Shown here: one piece after another, positions 28,609-38,190 of the stretch
Layout: the number at the start of each line of letters is the position of its first letter
Position numbering within the stretch: position 1 is the stretch's first letter
DNA from: Actinomycetota bacterium
GTDB taxonomy: Bacteria; Actinomycetota; JAICYB01
Reading direction: 5' to 3'
NCBI GenBank assembly: GCA_040905525.1
Contig: JBBDRJ010000013.1
Span: forward strand, 231,919-295,918
Length of the DNA: 64,000 bases
The notes under the pieces: model-generated
Databases searched by the model: none
What the model was told of the DNA's origin: nothing
The model's input: the letters and a program-made list of their open reading frames with translations, nothing else
Position numbers and translations under genes: made by a program

Positions 28609-29607
28609 GTGAAGAGGATCATCATCGTTGCACTTTGTCTCGTCGCTGCTTCGTGCAGCCAGGGCGTGAGTGGAGCTCAGACCTACAACGTCGGCGTCGA
28701 CCAGGCGTCGCCCGAGGGGGAGAAGTTCCAGTACTCGGCCTACTACCCGGCGTCGGTCGCCGCTGCGCCCGGCGATGAGATCGTCTTCACCAACGACTCG
28801 ACCGAGGCTCCCCACACGATCTCGTTCGGCGTGGAGGCCGACCGCTCCAACTCGCCGCCCGTCGTCACCCCCCAGGGCGAGAATCCCGTCGTCTTCAGCC
28901 CCTGCTACACGCCCGAGGCTCCGACGGCCGAGCTCCTGGAGTGTCCCGACACCGACCTGCCCGAGTACAACGGCGAGGGCTTCTGGAACTCCGGGGTCCT
29001 GCAGCCGGCACCGGTGCCAGATGAGGCGGGGGCGAAAGAAGTCACCGTCCAGCTGTCCAACGACATCCCCGAGGGGAGCTACATCTACGTCTGCATCCTG
29101 CACTCGTTGATGGCCGGCACGATCGAAGTCGCCGAGGAAGATCGCATCTCACCCGACGAAGTGGACGAGGCCGGCGACGAAGCCGCGCGGGAAGGACGCG
29201 AAAGCTCCGAGGAGATCACCGAGCCGGAGGCCGAGCGCGAAGGGGACACCGTGACCGTGAGCGCCGGGTTCGGCGACCGCGTGGTGTCGGTCAACCGGTT
29301 CGCTCCCGCGGAGCTCGAGGTGGAAACCGGAACCACCGTGCAGTGGGTCGCGCGCAGCCCGTACGAGCCGCACACGGTGACCTTCGAGTCGACCTTCGAG
29401 ACGCCGAACGACGAGGGAGCCTTGGCGCCGGGCGGCGTCGCGTCCGGTGGCGAGTACACCGGCGGCTTCTCGAGCTCCGGGATCCTCGGTCCCGAGGGTG
29501 GGCCGTTCCCGTCCGGGCCTTTCGCGCTGAGGTTCACGGAGGCCGGTGCCTTCGAGTATTCGTGCGTCTTGCATCCCGGGCAGGTTGGGAAGGTCACGGT
29601 TACCTAA
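28609..29607 (+). CDS. Lipoprotein with two cupredoxin (type 1 copper) domains
   Basis: GTG start with RBS gggagg. Lipobox LVAASC. Domain 1: HTISF...YVCILHSLM. Domain 2: HTVTF...YSCVLHPGQ (Gln at the axial position). Confidence 0.7.
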   Translation: MKRIIIVALCLVAASCSQGVSGAQTYNVGVDQASPEGEKFQYSAYYPASVAAAPGDEIVFTNDSTEAPHTISFGVEADRSNSPPVVTPQGENPVVFSPCYTPEAPTAELLECPDTDLPEYNGEGFWNSGVLQPAPVPDEAGAKEVTVQLSNDIPEGSYIYVCILHSLMAGTIEVAEEDRISPDEVDEAGDEAAREGRESSEEITEPEAEREGDTVTVSAGFGDRVVSVNRFAPAELEVETGTTVQWVARSPYEPHTVTFESTFETPNDEGALAPGGVASGGEYTGGFSSSGILGPEGGPFPSGPFALRFTEAGAFEYSCVLHPGQVGKVTVT

Positions 29608-29625
29608 AGGCGTTTGCCGGTTCGA

Positions 29626-29641
29626 ACGCGATATATCGCGT
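29626..29641. promoter_or_regulatory. 16-bp perfect palindrome ACGCGATATATCGCGT upstream of the UbiB-like kinase gene
   Basis: Perfect dyad with an AT core, in the 53-bp intergenic region 20 bp upstream of ATG 29661. Confidence 0.3.
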
Positions 29642-29660
29642 CTGGTATATTTTCGGCCCT

Positions 29661-31277
29661 ATGGAAACGCCCGATGCCGCGGCCGACGTAGAGCACTTCT
29701 CGTTCACCGATCGGGGGCCGTGGGTCGTCGAGCCCGACAAGATGTCGTGGCGGCGGGGGATAGACGAGCTCCGGGCCCGGACGAAGGCCGAAGGCAACAA
29801 GCTCGCCCGGCCCCCACTGGCGCCACCGGTTCTGCGATTGCTCCGCACCGGCGCGTCGCTCGGCGCCGCGATCGGCGGCTGGCAGCTGTTCGAGCGACGT
29901 AAGGGCGGTTCGATCTCCCGGACCGGTGTGTCGCGCCGGCTCCGCAAGTCCTTCGAGAGCCTCGGCCCGACCTACATCAAGCTCGGACAGATCCTGTCGG
30001 CGGGCGAAGGGATCTTTCCCGAGGAATTGGTCGCCGAGTTCAGGCTGTGTCGCGACGAGGTTCCGGCGGAATCGTTCGAAGACGTCCGTCGCGTCGTCGA
30101 GGAAGACCTAGGTAAGCCGCTCGGCGAGGTGTTCGCAGAGTTCAGGACGACGCCGGTTGCCGCAGCGTCCATCGCACAGGTGCACGTCGCGAAGCTGGTC
30201 ACCGGCGAAGAGGTGGTGGTGAAGGTGCAGCGTCCGGCCATCGACGCGATGGTTCGACTCGACCTCAAGGCCATGAGCTGGATCTCACCGAAGATGATCG
30301 GGCGCATCCCGATCGCCGCGCTCGCCAATCCTCCGGCCATCGTCGAGCTGTTCGCGGACACGATCGTCGAGGAGCTCGACTTCCGTCTCGAAGCCCAGAA
30401 CATGCTCGACATCGCCCACGTTCTCGCCGAGACCGGGCAGCGCTCGATGGTTTGTCCGAGACCGCATCCCGAGCTCGTGACCAAACGCGTTCTGGTCATG
30501 GAGCGGCTCAAGGGACACAAGTTCGACGACGTCGAATCCATCAAGGCCGCCGGCGTCGACATGAAGGCCGTCATCCGCGCCGGCATGGTGACCACCCTCG
30601 AGGGCTCCATGCTCTACGGCGTCTTCCACGGAGACCTCCATGCCGGCAACCTCCTGGTGGACGACGACGGTCGCGTTGCCCTCCTCGACCACGGCATCAC
30701 CGGACGTCTCGACGAAGGCCGCCGGCTCGCCTTCATCCGCATGCTCATGGGCGCCGTGACCAACGACATCCAGGCGCAGCTCGCGGCTTTCCGCGACCTC
30801 GGCGCCCTGCCCATGGACACCGATCTCGTCGCATTGGCCAAGGACCTCGGCGTCGACCAGCCGGTGAAGGATCCGACGCAGATGTCCGCGCACGAGCTCG
30901 TCGAGGAGATCCGCGACATAGTGAAGAAGCTCGTGAGCTACGGCGCGAGAGCGCCGAAGGAGCTCATGCTCTTCGTCAAGAACCTGCTCTTCTTGGACGG
31001 TTCGATCGCCATGCACGCACCCGACCTGGATCTCATTTCCGAGACGTTCCAAGTCGCTTCGTACATGGCCACACGCCACGGCGAGCGACTGGCGGCGGAA
31101 GCGGGAACCGACCCGCAGAAGGAGATCGATCTCGACGGCTTCAAGGCCTCGTTCGGTTTGGAATCGGACGTCGAGACGTTGACCTACGCCGACCTCCAAG
31201 AGCGGCGCAAGATCATCCGCCAGCGGCTGGAAGCCAACCGCAAGGAAACGCGTCGCAGTCTGTTCCGCCGCAAGTAG
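29661..31277 (+). CDS. ABC1/UbiB family atypical protein kinase
   Basis: LGPTYIKLGQILSAGEGIFPEE...AAASIAQVH...HGDLHAGNLLVDDDGRVALLDHGITG is the ABC1/AarF signature. Confidence 0.8.
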   Translation: METPDAAADVEHFSFTDRGPWVVEPDKMSWRRGIDELRARTKAEGNKLARPPLAPPVLRLLRTGASLGAAIGGWQLFERRKGGSISRTGVSRRLRKSFESLGPTYIKLGQILSAGEGIFPEELVAEFRLCRDEVPAESFEDVRRVVEEDLGKPLGEVFAEFRTTPVAAASIAQVHVAKLVTGEEVVVKVQRPAIDAMVRLDLKAMSWISPKMIGRIPIAALANPPAIVELFADTIVEELDFRLEAQNMLDIAHVLAETGQRSMVCPRPHPELVTKRVLVMERLKGHKFDDVESIKAAGVDMKAVIRAGMVTTLEGSMLYGVFHGDLHAGNLLVDDDGRVALLDHGITGRLDEGRRLAFIRMLMGAVTNDIQAQLAAFRDLGALPMDTDLVALAKDLGVDQPVKDPTQMSAHELVEEIRDIVKKLVSYGARAPKELMLFVKNLLFLDGSIAMHAPDLDLISETFQVASYMATRHGERLAAEAGTDPQKEIDLDGFKASFGLESDVETLTYADLQERRKIIRQRLEANRKETRRSLFRRK

Positions 31278-31286
31278 CCGCGCTCG

Positions 31287-32492
31287 TTACGGAGCCGGGC
31301 CCGGGCTGAGTCGCTCGGCGTCGCCTCTCGCGTCTTCCTCTTCGCCGTTGCCGAAGAAGCGCGTGCGGATCTCGGCCCGCAGTGCGAGCGGGCCCGGGTC
31401 CAGTGCGCGGCCGTCGGGCCGGATGAACTCGAGCGTTCGGTCGTCGTGGGCTTTCATCACCCAGCCGCCGTCGTGGACAAGGCGGTGGTGGTAGCCGCAG
31501 AGCATCACGAGGTTCTCGCTGTCCGTCGGGCCACCGCTTGCCCAATGACGGATGTGGTGAGCGTGCAGCCAGCGGTCGTACGTGCAGCCGGGGAAGCGGC
31601 AGCCACCGTCGCGGTCTTTTACGTGACGGAGCAGCCATACCGGGAGCTTGCGGCTCGCTCGTCCGACCCCGAAGGGACGCCGGCCGCCGTTCTCGACGAG
31701 CGGTTGTAGGCGTCCGTCGCATGCCAGCCTGCGAACCTGCTCGGCGTGCAGCGGGATCCCGTTCTCCAGGTGTCCGATGCCTTCGCCCGATTCCAGCGCT
31801 TTCGCGTCGACGTGCGCGACGATCGTCGCCCGGTCGACGTCGGGATCGGCTCCCAGGCGAATCGACGCCAGCTGCACCAGCGCGTCTGCGCACGAGCGCT
31901 CGAAGTTGTACGTGTCGCTGTTCGCTTCGGGAGGTGCCTGCTGCGCGATGCGCGTCAGAGCCTTCTCGACCACGGCGCCGTCGGAGTCCGAAACCTGTCC
32001 CCAGATGCGCAGCGTCCGCGCTGCTTCGTCCCAGCGCAACCGGAGGTAGCGTTCGCGGTACGTCTGGTTGGCTTCGTCTTTCGATAGAGAGCGTTCGGTC
32101 ACTGCGCGGCGCTTCAGATCGGCCGCCGACCAGCCGGGCGCTTCGCGCGCGAGCTCTTCGTCCTTATCGGGCGTCGCGAATCGCGTGAGCTCGCGCGTCT
32201 GGTCCCATGAGAGTCGGCCTTCGCCGAATGCTTCGGCGGTCTGCGGCAGCGTATGCAATGCGCGCGCGGAGTCGACCCAATCTTTGGCGGTGCGATAGGA
32301 GACCGACAGGCGCATGATCAGCCAGTGCTCCATCGTCGTCGCTCCGTCACCGCGCCACAGCTCCATGCGGTCGAACTCTTCGACGAACTTGAGCAGGTGG
32401 CGAAGCGAAGCGGACATCATGCCGTGCAGTTGGGTGATGGCGTCCTCGATCTCGAGAGCGCGTCGCGGATCGGCGGAAGGTCGCATCCGCAC
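31287..32492 (-). CDS. DUF222-HNH endonuclease (REP13E12-like family)
   Basis: N-terminal DUF222-like region. C-terminal HNH motif GGCRFPGCTYDRWLHAHHIRHWASGGPTDSENLVMLCGYHHRLVH. Confidence 0.8.
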   Translation of the reverse strand: MRMRPSADPRRALEIEDAITQLHGMMSASLRHLLKFVEEFDRMELWRGDGATTMEHWLIMRLSVSYRTAKDWVDSARALHTLPQTAEAFGEGRLSWDQTRELTRFATPDKDEELAREAPGWSAADLKRRAVTERSLSKDEANQTYRERYLRLRWDEAARTLRIWGQVSDSDGAVVEKALTRIAQQAPPEANSDTYNFERSCADALVQLASIRLGADPDVDRATIVAHVDAKALESGEGIGHLENGIPLHAEQVRRLACDGRLQPLVENGGRRPFGVGRASRKLPVWLLRHVKDRDGGCRFPGCTYDRWLHAHHIRHWASGGPTDSENLVMLCGYHHRLVHDGGWVMKAHDDRTLEFIRPDGRALDPGPLALRAEIRTRFFGNGEEEDARGDAERLSPGPAP

Positions 32493-32607
32493 TCCTTCGT
32501 CGAAACGACCCAGGAGCCCGAGGCCCTCCGCCTCTGGGAACTACGAAACGATCATACGTTCCGGTAGTGACAAAACCGTCCATGGGGCGCGGCTAACGTA
32601 GCCACTG

Positions 32608-34107
32608 ATGACGCTCCTGGCCGACGTGGTCGAAGCATCCAAGGACGTAACCGCTACGTCCTCGCGATCCAAAAAGGTCGCGCGGCTTGCCGAGCTCCTC
32701 CAAGCCCTCGGCCCCCACGAAGTCCCCGTCGCCGTGGGCATGCTGTCCGGCTCCCCGCGACAGGGACGAATCGGCGTCGGCTGGTCGACGATCTACGGGA
32801 TCGAAACCGAGCACGCACCAAAACCGTCGGTGACCATCGACGAGCTCGACCGCGCGATCACCGAAGTCCAAAAGACCACCGGCGCCGGCTCGGCCGGACA
32901 AAGAAAGAAGATCCTCACCGAACTTCTGCAACGCGCGACCCAACAAGAAGCAGACTTCATACGACGTCTCTTCACCGGCGAGCTCCGCCAGGGCGCCCTG
33001 GCCGGACTCATGATCGACGCCGTGGCCAAAGCCGCCGACGTCCCCGGAACCCTCGCAAGAAGAGCGCTCATGCTGTCCGGCGACCTGACGAAGACGGCCG
33101 AGATCGCGATGACGCAAGGACCGAAAGGACTAAGAGAGGTCGGCTTCCAGATCTTCCGTCCCGTCCTTCCCATGCTGGCCTCCACCGCCGACCGAGTAGC
33201 AACCGCCATCGAAGGCTTCGAGCTCGCCTCGGTCGAGTGGAAGCTCGACGGCATCCGCATCCAGGTCCACTCCGACGACGGGGAGGTCCGCATCTACACG
33301 CGCAACCTCAACGACATAACGGGATCCCTGCCCGGGATCGTCGAAACGGTGCTCGCTCTACCCGTCCGGCAAGCGGTGTTCGACGGCGAGGCCATCTGGA
33401 TGGACACCGACGGGCCCGCGTCCTTCCAGGAGACGATGCAGAAGATCGACCACACCTCGACGCCCGAGGGGATCAAGACGCACTTCTTCGACGTCCTCCA
33501 CGTCGACGGCGACGACCTCCTCGACACTGCGTTGCGCGACCGCATCGCGCGGCTCGAAGCCGTGGCGCCCGCGCTCAAGATCCCGGGAACGTTTACCAAC
33601 GATCCGGACGAAGCGCAAAACGTTCTGGACGAATCACTCGCTGCCGGACACGAAGGCGTCGTCGTGAAGGACGCCGACTCCCTCTACGTGGCCGGGCGGC
33701 GCGGCAAGGCGTGGCGGAAGGTGAAGCCGGTGAAGACCTACGACCTCGTCGTGCTCGGCGCGGAGTGGGGGCACGGACGACGGCAGGGCCGGCTCTCCAA
33801 CCTCTACCTCGGCGCCCGCGACCCGAACACGGGCGAGTTCGTGATGGTCGGCAAGTGCTTCAAGGGTCTTACCGACGAGCTCCTGGAGTGGCAGACCAAG
33901 GAGCTCCTGCAAAGAGAGAAGGGTCGCGAAGGCATAACGGTCCACGTCCAGCCCGAGATGGTCGTCGAGATCGCACTGGACGGTGTGCAGAAGTCGACGC
34001 GCTACCCGGGCGGCGTTGCGCTGCGCTTCGCGCGCGTGAAGAGGTACCGGCCGGACAAGAACCCCGAGGAGGCCGACACGATCGGCGACCTCCGCGCGCT
34101 GCTCTAA
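32608..34107 (+). CDS. ATP-dependent DNA ligase
   Basis: Adenylation motif I EWKLDGIRIQVH (KxDG), OB-fold C-terminus. Length ~499 aa. Confidence 0.85.
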   Translation: MTLLADVVEASKDVTATSSRSKKVARLAELLQALGPHEVPVAVGMLSGSPRQGRIGVGWSTIYGIETEHAPKPSVTIDELDRAITEVQKTTGAGSAGQRKKILTELLQRATQQEADFIRRLFTGELRQGALAGLMIDAVAKAADVPGTLARRALMLSGDLTKTAEIAMTQGPKGLREVGFQIFRPVLPMLASTADRVATAIEGFELASVEWKLDGIRIQVHSDDGEVRIYTRNLNDITGSLPGIVETVLALPVRQAVFDGEAIWMDTDGPASFQETMQKIDHTSTPEGIKTHFFDVLHVDGDDLLDTALRDRIARLEAVAPALKIPGTFTNDPDEAQNVLDESLAAGHEGVVVKDADSLYVAGRRGKAWRKVKPVKTYDLVVLGAEWGHGRRQGRLSNLYLGARDPNTGEFVMVGKCFKGLTDELLEWQTKELLQREKGREGITVHVQPEMVVEIALDGVQKSTRYPGGVALRFARVKRYRPDKNPEEADTIGDLRALL

Positions 34108-34119
34108 GCTGGCTCCGCC

Positions 34120-34932
34120 ATGCCGGCCGTGATCGTCGAGACCTCGGGTGCCGTTCGCCGGATCCGCCTCAACCGGCCGGACAAGCTCAACGCGCTGAAC
34201 GACGACGTGCGCCGCGAGCTGACCGAGGCGTTCGAAGCGCTGCGAGATGACATAAGCGTTCGCGTCGCCGTGATCGACGGCGCCGGACGATGCTTCTCTG
34301 CTGGAGCGGATCTGGTCGGCGGCGCGATCGCCGCCACGCCGGAGCGAAGCGGAGGCACAAAGAGCAGCACGTGGTCGCAGCGCCGGCACACCTTCGGTGG
34401 TTGGCAGCGCCTGCTCGAGCTAATCGAGTCGGTTCCCCAAGTGACGGTGGCCAGCATCCGCAGTCACTGCATCGGCGGGGCGGCGCTTCTGGCCGCGTCG
34501 TGCGATCTGCGCATCGCGGCCGACGACGTGGCCGTGCGCATCCCGGAGCTCGCGATCGGGATCCCGCTGACGTGGTCTGGCGTCCCGCGTCTGGTCCGAG
34601 AGGTCGGACTGCCGGTGGCCCGCGATCTCGTGATGACCGGACGAACCCTCGACGCGCGCGAGGCATTGCATTGCGGCTTCGTGCAGCGAGTCTGCCGTCC
34701 CGACGAGCTCGAAAAGGCCACCGACGGGCTCGTCCAAGAGCTGCTCGACATGCCGCCCGGGCCGCTGGCCATCACGCGCAGCATGTTCGCGGCCATAAGC
34801 CGGGACGCCATGGGCGCGGCGGGCTGGGCCGACGCCGACCTGCTGTCGTGGTCGGGGCGGGAGCCCGAGTCGCGCGAGGCCGCTGCCGACTACGCGAAGC
34901 GCCTGGGAGCCAAGCGCCCGAAGGACTCTTAG
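34120..34932 (+). CDS. Enoyl-CoA hydratase/isomerase (crotonase family)
   Basis: AVIDGAGRCFSAGADL oxyanion-hole motif. Confidence 0.8.
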   Translation: MPAVIVETSGAVRRIRLNRPDKLNALNDDVRRELTEAFEALRDDISVRVAVIDGAGRCFSAGADLVGGAIAATPERSGGTKSSTWSQRRHTFGGWQRLLELIESVPQVTVASIRSHCIGGAALLAASCDLRIAADDVAVRIPELAIGIPLTWSGVPRLVREVGLPVARDLVMTGRTLDAREALHCGFVQRVCRPDELEKATDGLVQELLDMPPGPLAITRSMFAAISRDAMGAAGWADADLLSWSGREPESREAAADYAKRLGAKRPKDS

Positions 34933-34975
34933 GTTCGACCGGTTCCGACCCCTCGGCTCTTACGCTCGTTATCAG

Positions 34976-35584
34976 ATGCGACTTCTGATGGCGGCCGTCC
35001 TGCTGCTCGCTGCGGCCGGAGCATGCTCAACGGAAACGGCCGGTGAGGTCGTTCCCGTCGACATCATGTATGACCCGCCGCCGCTTGCTGCCGAGCCGTC
35101 ACCCTCGCCCACTCCGAGCCCCACGCCGTCACCGTCCACCGGGTCGGGCGGTAGATCGGGCGGCTCGCAAGCGGCCGCCGGACAGGGGTCGGGGCAGAGC
35201 ACCGTCCCGCGGATTTCGGCGCCGAAGGTGCAGTGCCCGACCGGATCGGTTACCGCGACCGCCAACACGATGCAGGTGCACGAGAACAAGATCGCGGGCT
35301 CGGAGCAAAGCCGGTGGGATGTCCTCGTCGGCGGCAATGCCACCAACGGGACGACGCGTCAGGTCGGCAACGTGCAAGTGCGCGTGGACATACGCGTCCC
35401 GAACGCCGCCGTCACGTCGGGCTCGGCGACCGTGTCCTCGGCCGGCCCGGGCAAATCGGTCAGATGGACGGATAACTTGAGCGTGGTGAGCGACGAGAAT
35501 CCGCAGTTCGAGCACGTCCACGTGAGCGTCAGCGGTTGGTCGTGGGGCGACCCCGCCATGGACGCCGCCTGCCCGCACGGCTGA
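34976..35584 (+). CDS. Hypothetical lipoprotein
   Basis: Signal peptide with lipobox LAAAGAC, followed by a P/S-rich linker. Confidence 0.5.
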   Translation: MRLLMAAVLLLAAAGACSTETAGEVVPVDIMYDPPPLAAEPSPSPTPSPTPSPSTGSGGRSGGSQAAAGQGSGQSTVPRISAPKVQCPTGSVTATANTMQVHENKIAGSEQSRWDVLVGGNATNGTTRQVGNVQVRVDIRVPNAAVTSGSATVSSAGPGKSVRWTDNLSVVSDENPQFEHVHVSVSGWSWGDPAMDAACPHG

Positions 35585-35622
35585 CTCGCGCCACTAGCGC
35601 GGGCGCGTACCATGGCCGACGA

Positions 35623-35994
35623 ATGCCCGACATATCCGAATCAGTCGCGTCCTACCAGGCCGCTTGGGGTGAATCCGACGAAGGCGCGCGCCGCTCTTTG
35701 CTCGATACGGCCTGGGCCGGCGACGGTCTCTACCTCGACCCGTCCGGCCGTGCCGACGGACGCGACGCGCTGATCGAGCACATCGGCGGATTCCAGAAGA
35801 CCTTCGCCGGGCACACGATGGAGCCGACCAGCGCGGTCGACGCTCACGACGGCTACCTGCGCTTCGGATGGCGGCTGCTGGATCCCGACGGCAAGCAGAT
35901 CCTCGAGGGCGTCGACTTCGGCGCCTACGACGACGCCGGCCGCATCACGCTGATCGTCGGCTTCTTTGGACCGTGGCCGGAGCTCGCGGTATGA
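35623..35994 (+). CDS. SnoaL-like/NTF2-like small protein
   Basis: About 123 aa of NTF2-like pattern. ATGA overlap with the downstream FAD oxidoreductase. Confidence 0.5.
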   Translation: MPDISESVASYQAAWGESDEGARRSLLDTAWAGDGLYLDPSGRADGRDALIEHIGGFQKTFAGHTMEPTSAVDAHDGYLRFGWRLLDPDGKQILEGVDFGAYDDAGRITLIVGFFGPWPELAV

Positions 35995-37409
35995 GTCACG
36001 TCCTCGTCCTCGGAGCCGGACCGTGCGGGCTCATGACCGCCATGCTGCTGGCCCGCGACGGGCACCGGGTGACCCTGCTCGAGCGCGATTCCGCCCCGCC
36101 GCCCGACGACGCCGCGTCCGCTGCCGGCGCCTGGGAGCGCAAAGGTGTCGCGCAGTTCGAGCAGGCGCATTTCATGCACGCCCGCTTCAGGCAACTCCTC
36201 GATGCCGAGCTCCCGAACGTGCGCGATGTGCTGAAGGAGTCCGGTGCCACCACGTGGAACCAGCTGGGTTCGCTCCCGCCGTTCATCGAGGACCAGCAGC
36301 CGCGACCCGACGACGACCGGTTCTGGACGATCACGGCGCGGCGACCGGTGCTGGAGGCGGCGATCGCTCACGCGGCGTTCCGCGAGCCGAGCGTGACGAT
36401 CCGGCGCGGGACCAAGGTTGCCTCGCTGCTGACGGGGGCCGAGGTGGTCTCCGGCGCTCCTCATGTGACCGGGGTGAGGACGCAGGGCGGCGAGGACATC
36501 GAGGCGGAGCTCGTCGTCGATGCGATGGGACGGCGGACGCCGATGCCCGATCTATTGAAGGCTACCGGCGGACGCCCGCCGGAAGCCGAGGCCTTCGACT
36601 GCGGCTTCACCTACTACACGCGGTACTTCAGATCCAGGGACGGCAAATACCCGGACATGATCGGCCCGCCTCTGGCCCCGCTCGGGACCATCAGCTGCCT
36701 GACGCTGCCCGCGGACAACCAGACGTGGTTCATCGTCCTGTTCACCAACTCGCGCGACGCTCCGCTCAAAGCCCTTAGGCACGCCGACAAGTGGGAGGCT
36801 GTAGTCCGCGCGGTCCCCTTCCAGGCGCACTGGCTGGAAGGGGAGCCGGTCAGCGGCGTGCTTCCGATGAGCGGCATCGTCGATGGTTTGCGCCGCTACG
36901 TGGTGGACGGTGCGCCCGTGGTGACGGGGATGGTTCCGGTAGCGGATGCATGGGCGTGCACGAATCCGTCCCTCGGACGGGGCGTGACGATGGGCCTGAC
37001 GCACGCGGTGCAGCTGCGCGACGCTGTGCGCAAAGATCTCGACGATCCGAAGAGGCTGGCCGAGTCCTTCGACGCGGTCACGACCACCGAGCTCGAGCCG
37101 TGGTTCCGAGCGCAGGTGCAGATGGACCGCGCGCGGTTCGCGGAGATGGACGCGCTGCGCGAGGGACGTGAGCCGCCACCGCCGCCCGACACCGAGGACG
37201 GCAGGCTGATGCGGGCGTTCCTTACCGCCGCTCCCTACGACGGAGATCTGTTCCGGGCATTCATGGAGTACGTGTCGAGCCAGTCACTGCCGTCCGAGAT
37301 CCTGAGTCGTCCTGGCATGGCCGAGCGGGCTCTCGAGGTGGCCGAGGGGAAGGAAGCCTTCGCGCCTCCGGCACCGGACCGCAGCGAGCTGCTCGCGCTC
37401 TTGTCCTGA
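35991..37409 (+). CDS. FAD-dependent oxidoreductase/monooxygenase-like (paralog A)
   Basis: N-terminal dinucleotide fold VLVLGAGPCGLMTAMLLARDGHRVTLLERD. GDAAH-like ADAWACTNPSLGRG motif. Confidence 0.75.
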   Translation: MSHVLVLGAGPCGLMTAMLLARDGHRVTLLERDSAPPPDDAASAAGAWERKGVAQFEQAHFMHARFRQLLDAELPNVRDVLKESGATTWNQLGSLPPFIEDQQPRPDDDRFWTITARRPVLEAAIAHAAFREPSVTIRRGTKVASLLTGAEVVSGAPHVTGVRTQGGEDIEAELVVDAMGRRTPMPDLLKATGGRPPEAEAFDCGFTYYTRYFRSRDGKYPDMIGPPLAPLGTISCLTLPADNQTWFIVLFTNSRDAPLKALRHADKWEAVVRAVPFQAHWLEGEPVSGVLPMSGIVDGLRRYVVDGAPVVTGMVPVADAWACTNPSLGRGVTMGLTHAVQLRDAVRKDLDDPKRLAESFDAVTTTELEPWFRAQVQMDRARFAEMDALREGREPPPPPDTEDGRLMRAFLTAAPYDGDLFRAFMEYVSSQSLPSEILSRPGMAERALEVAEGKEAFAPPAPDRSELLALLS

Positions 37410-37470
37410 GCCCCCGAAGGTGCAGTGACCAATCCGTTTAGGCATCCTGGTAGCTCGTCGAGCTCAGGAG

Positions 37471-38190
37471 ATGAGGATGCGGAAGGTCGTTCACGGGCTG
37501 CTGGTGCTGGGCATCGCCGGCGGAGCCCTGGTCTTCGGTGCCGGACAAGCGTCAGCTGAGGCTTGTCCCACCTTCACGGTGTCCGTGAGCCCGCCCATCG
37601 TCCAGGAGGGCGGCGAGGCAAGTGTCACCGTTAGCCGCCGCGGAGTCGGATTCAACTCCGTCGACCTGAACACGGTGAGCGTGTCGGCCACCGCCGGCAT
37701 CGACTTCGAATCCCTTGATCTGACGGTGCACTTCGGAAGTGAAACCTCGCGCGCTTTCGGCGTGGAGATCTTCGACGACGACGACAAAGAGGGAGAAGAG
37801 AGATTCAAGTTGCACCTGTCCAATCCGCAGGGATGCGAACCCGGCGACAATGATCTGGGCGGGGACAAGTCGGTGAAGATCGTAGCCTCAGACCAGTCGT
37901 CGGGGGGGACGCCCTCACCGACGTCGAGCCCCTCGCCGACGCCCGCACCGACCGCGACGGCGACGGCCAGCGCCTCACCATCCCCATCGCCGAGCCCGTC
38001 GGTCAGCCCGTCGCCTTCGCCGACTCCGACGCTTTCACCGACCCCACTGGCCACGTCGATCGCCGCCAGCGTTGACCAAGACGACGATGACGGGCTGGGG
38101 GGCCTGGCCATAGCCGGGATCGTGGTGGCGGCTCTGGCGCTGCTGGCGGGCACGGGCTTGCTCCTGCGGATCCGGCAGGATCGCCTATGA
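37471..38190 (+). CDS. Secreted Calx-beta domain protein with PT-rich linker and C-terminal membrane-anchor motif (paralog 1)
   Basis: Signal peptide ...ASAEAC. Calx-beta-like motifs VQEGGEASVTVSRRG, FGSETSRAFGVEIFDDDDKEGEERFKLHLSNPQGC. SP/TP linker. C-terminus DDDDGLGGLAIAGIVVAALALLAGTGLLLRIRQDRL. Confidence 0.7.
   Translation: MRMRKVVHGLLVLGIAGGALVFGAGQASAEACPTFTVSVSPPIVQEGGEASVTVSRRGVGFNSVDLNTVSVSATAGIDFESLDLTVHFGSETSRAFGVEIFDDDDKEGEERFKLHLSNPQGCEPGDNDLGGDKSVKIVASDQSSGGTPSPTSSPSPTPAPTATATASASPSPSPSPSVSPSPSPTPTLSPTPLATSIAASVDQDDDDGLGGLAIAGIVVAALALLAGTGLLLRIRQDRL

Noticed and set aside
29613-29625. GGTTCGAAC motif resembling a tRNA T-arm
   Set aside because: There is no acceptor stem, anticodon arm or D-arm in the flanks. 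It is part of the palindrome-containing intergenic region.
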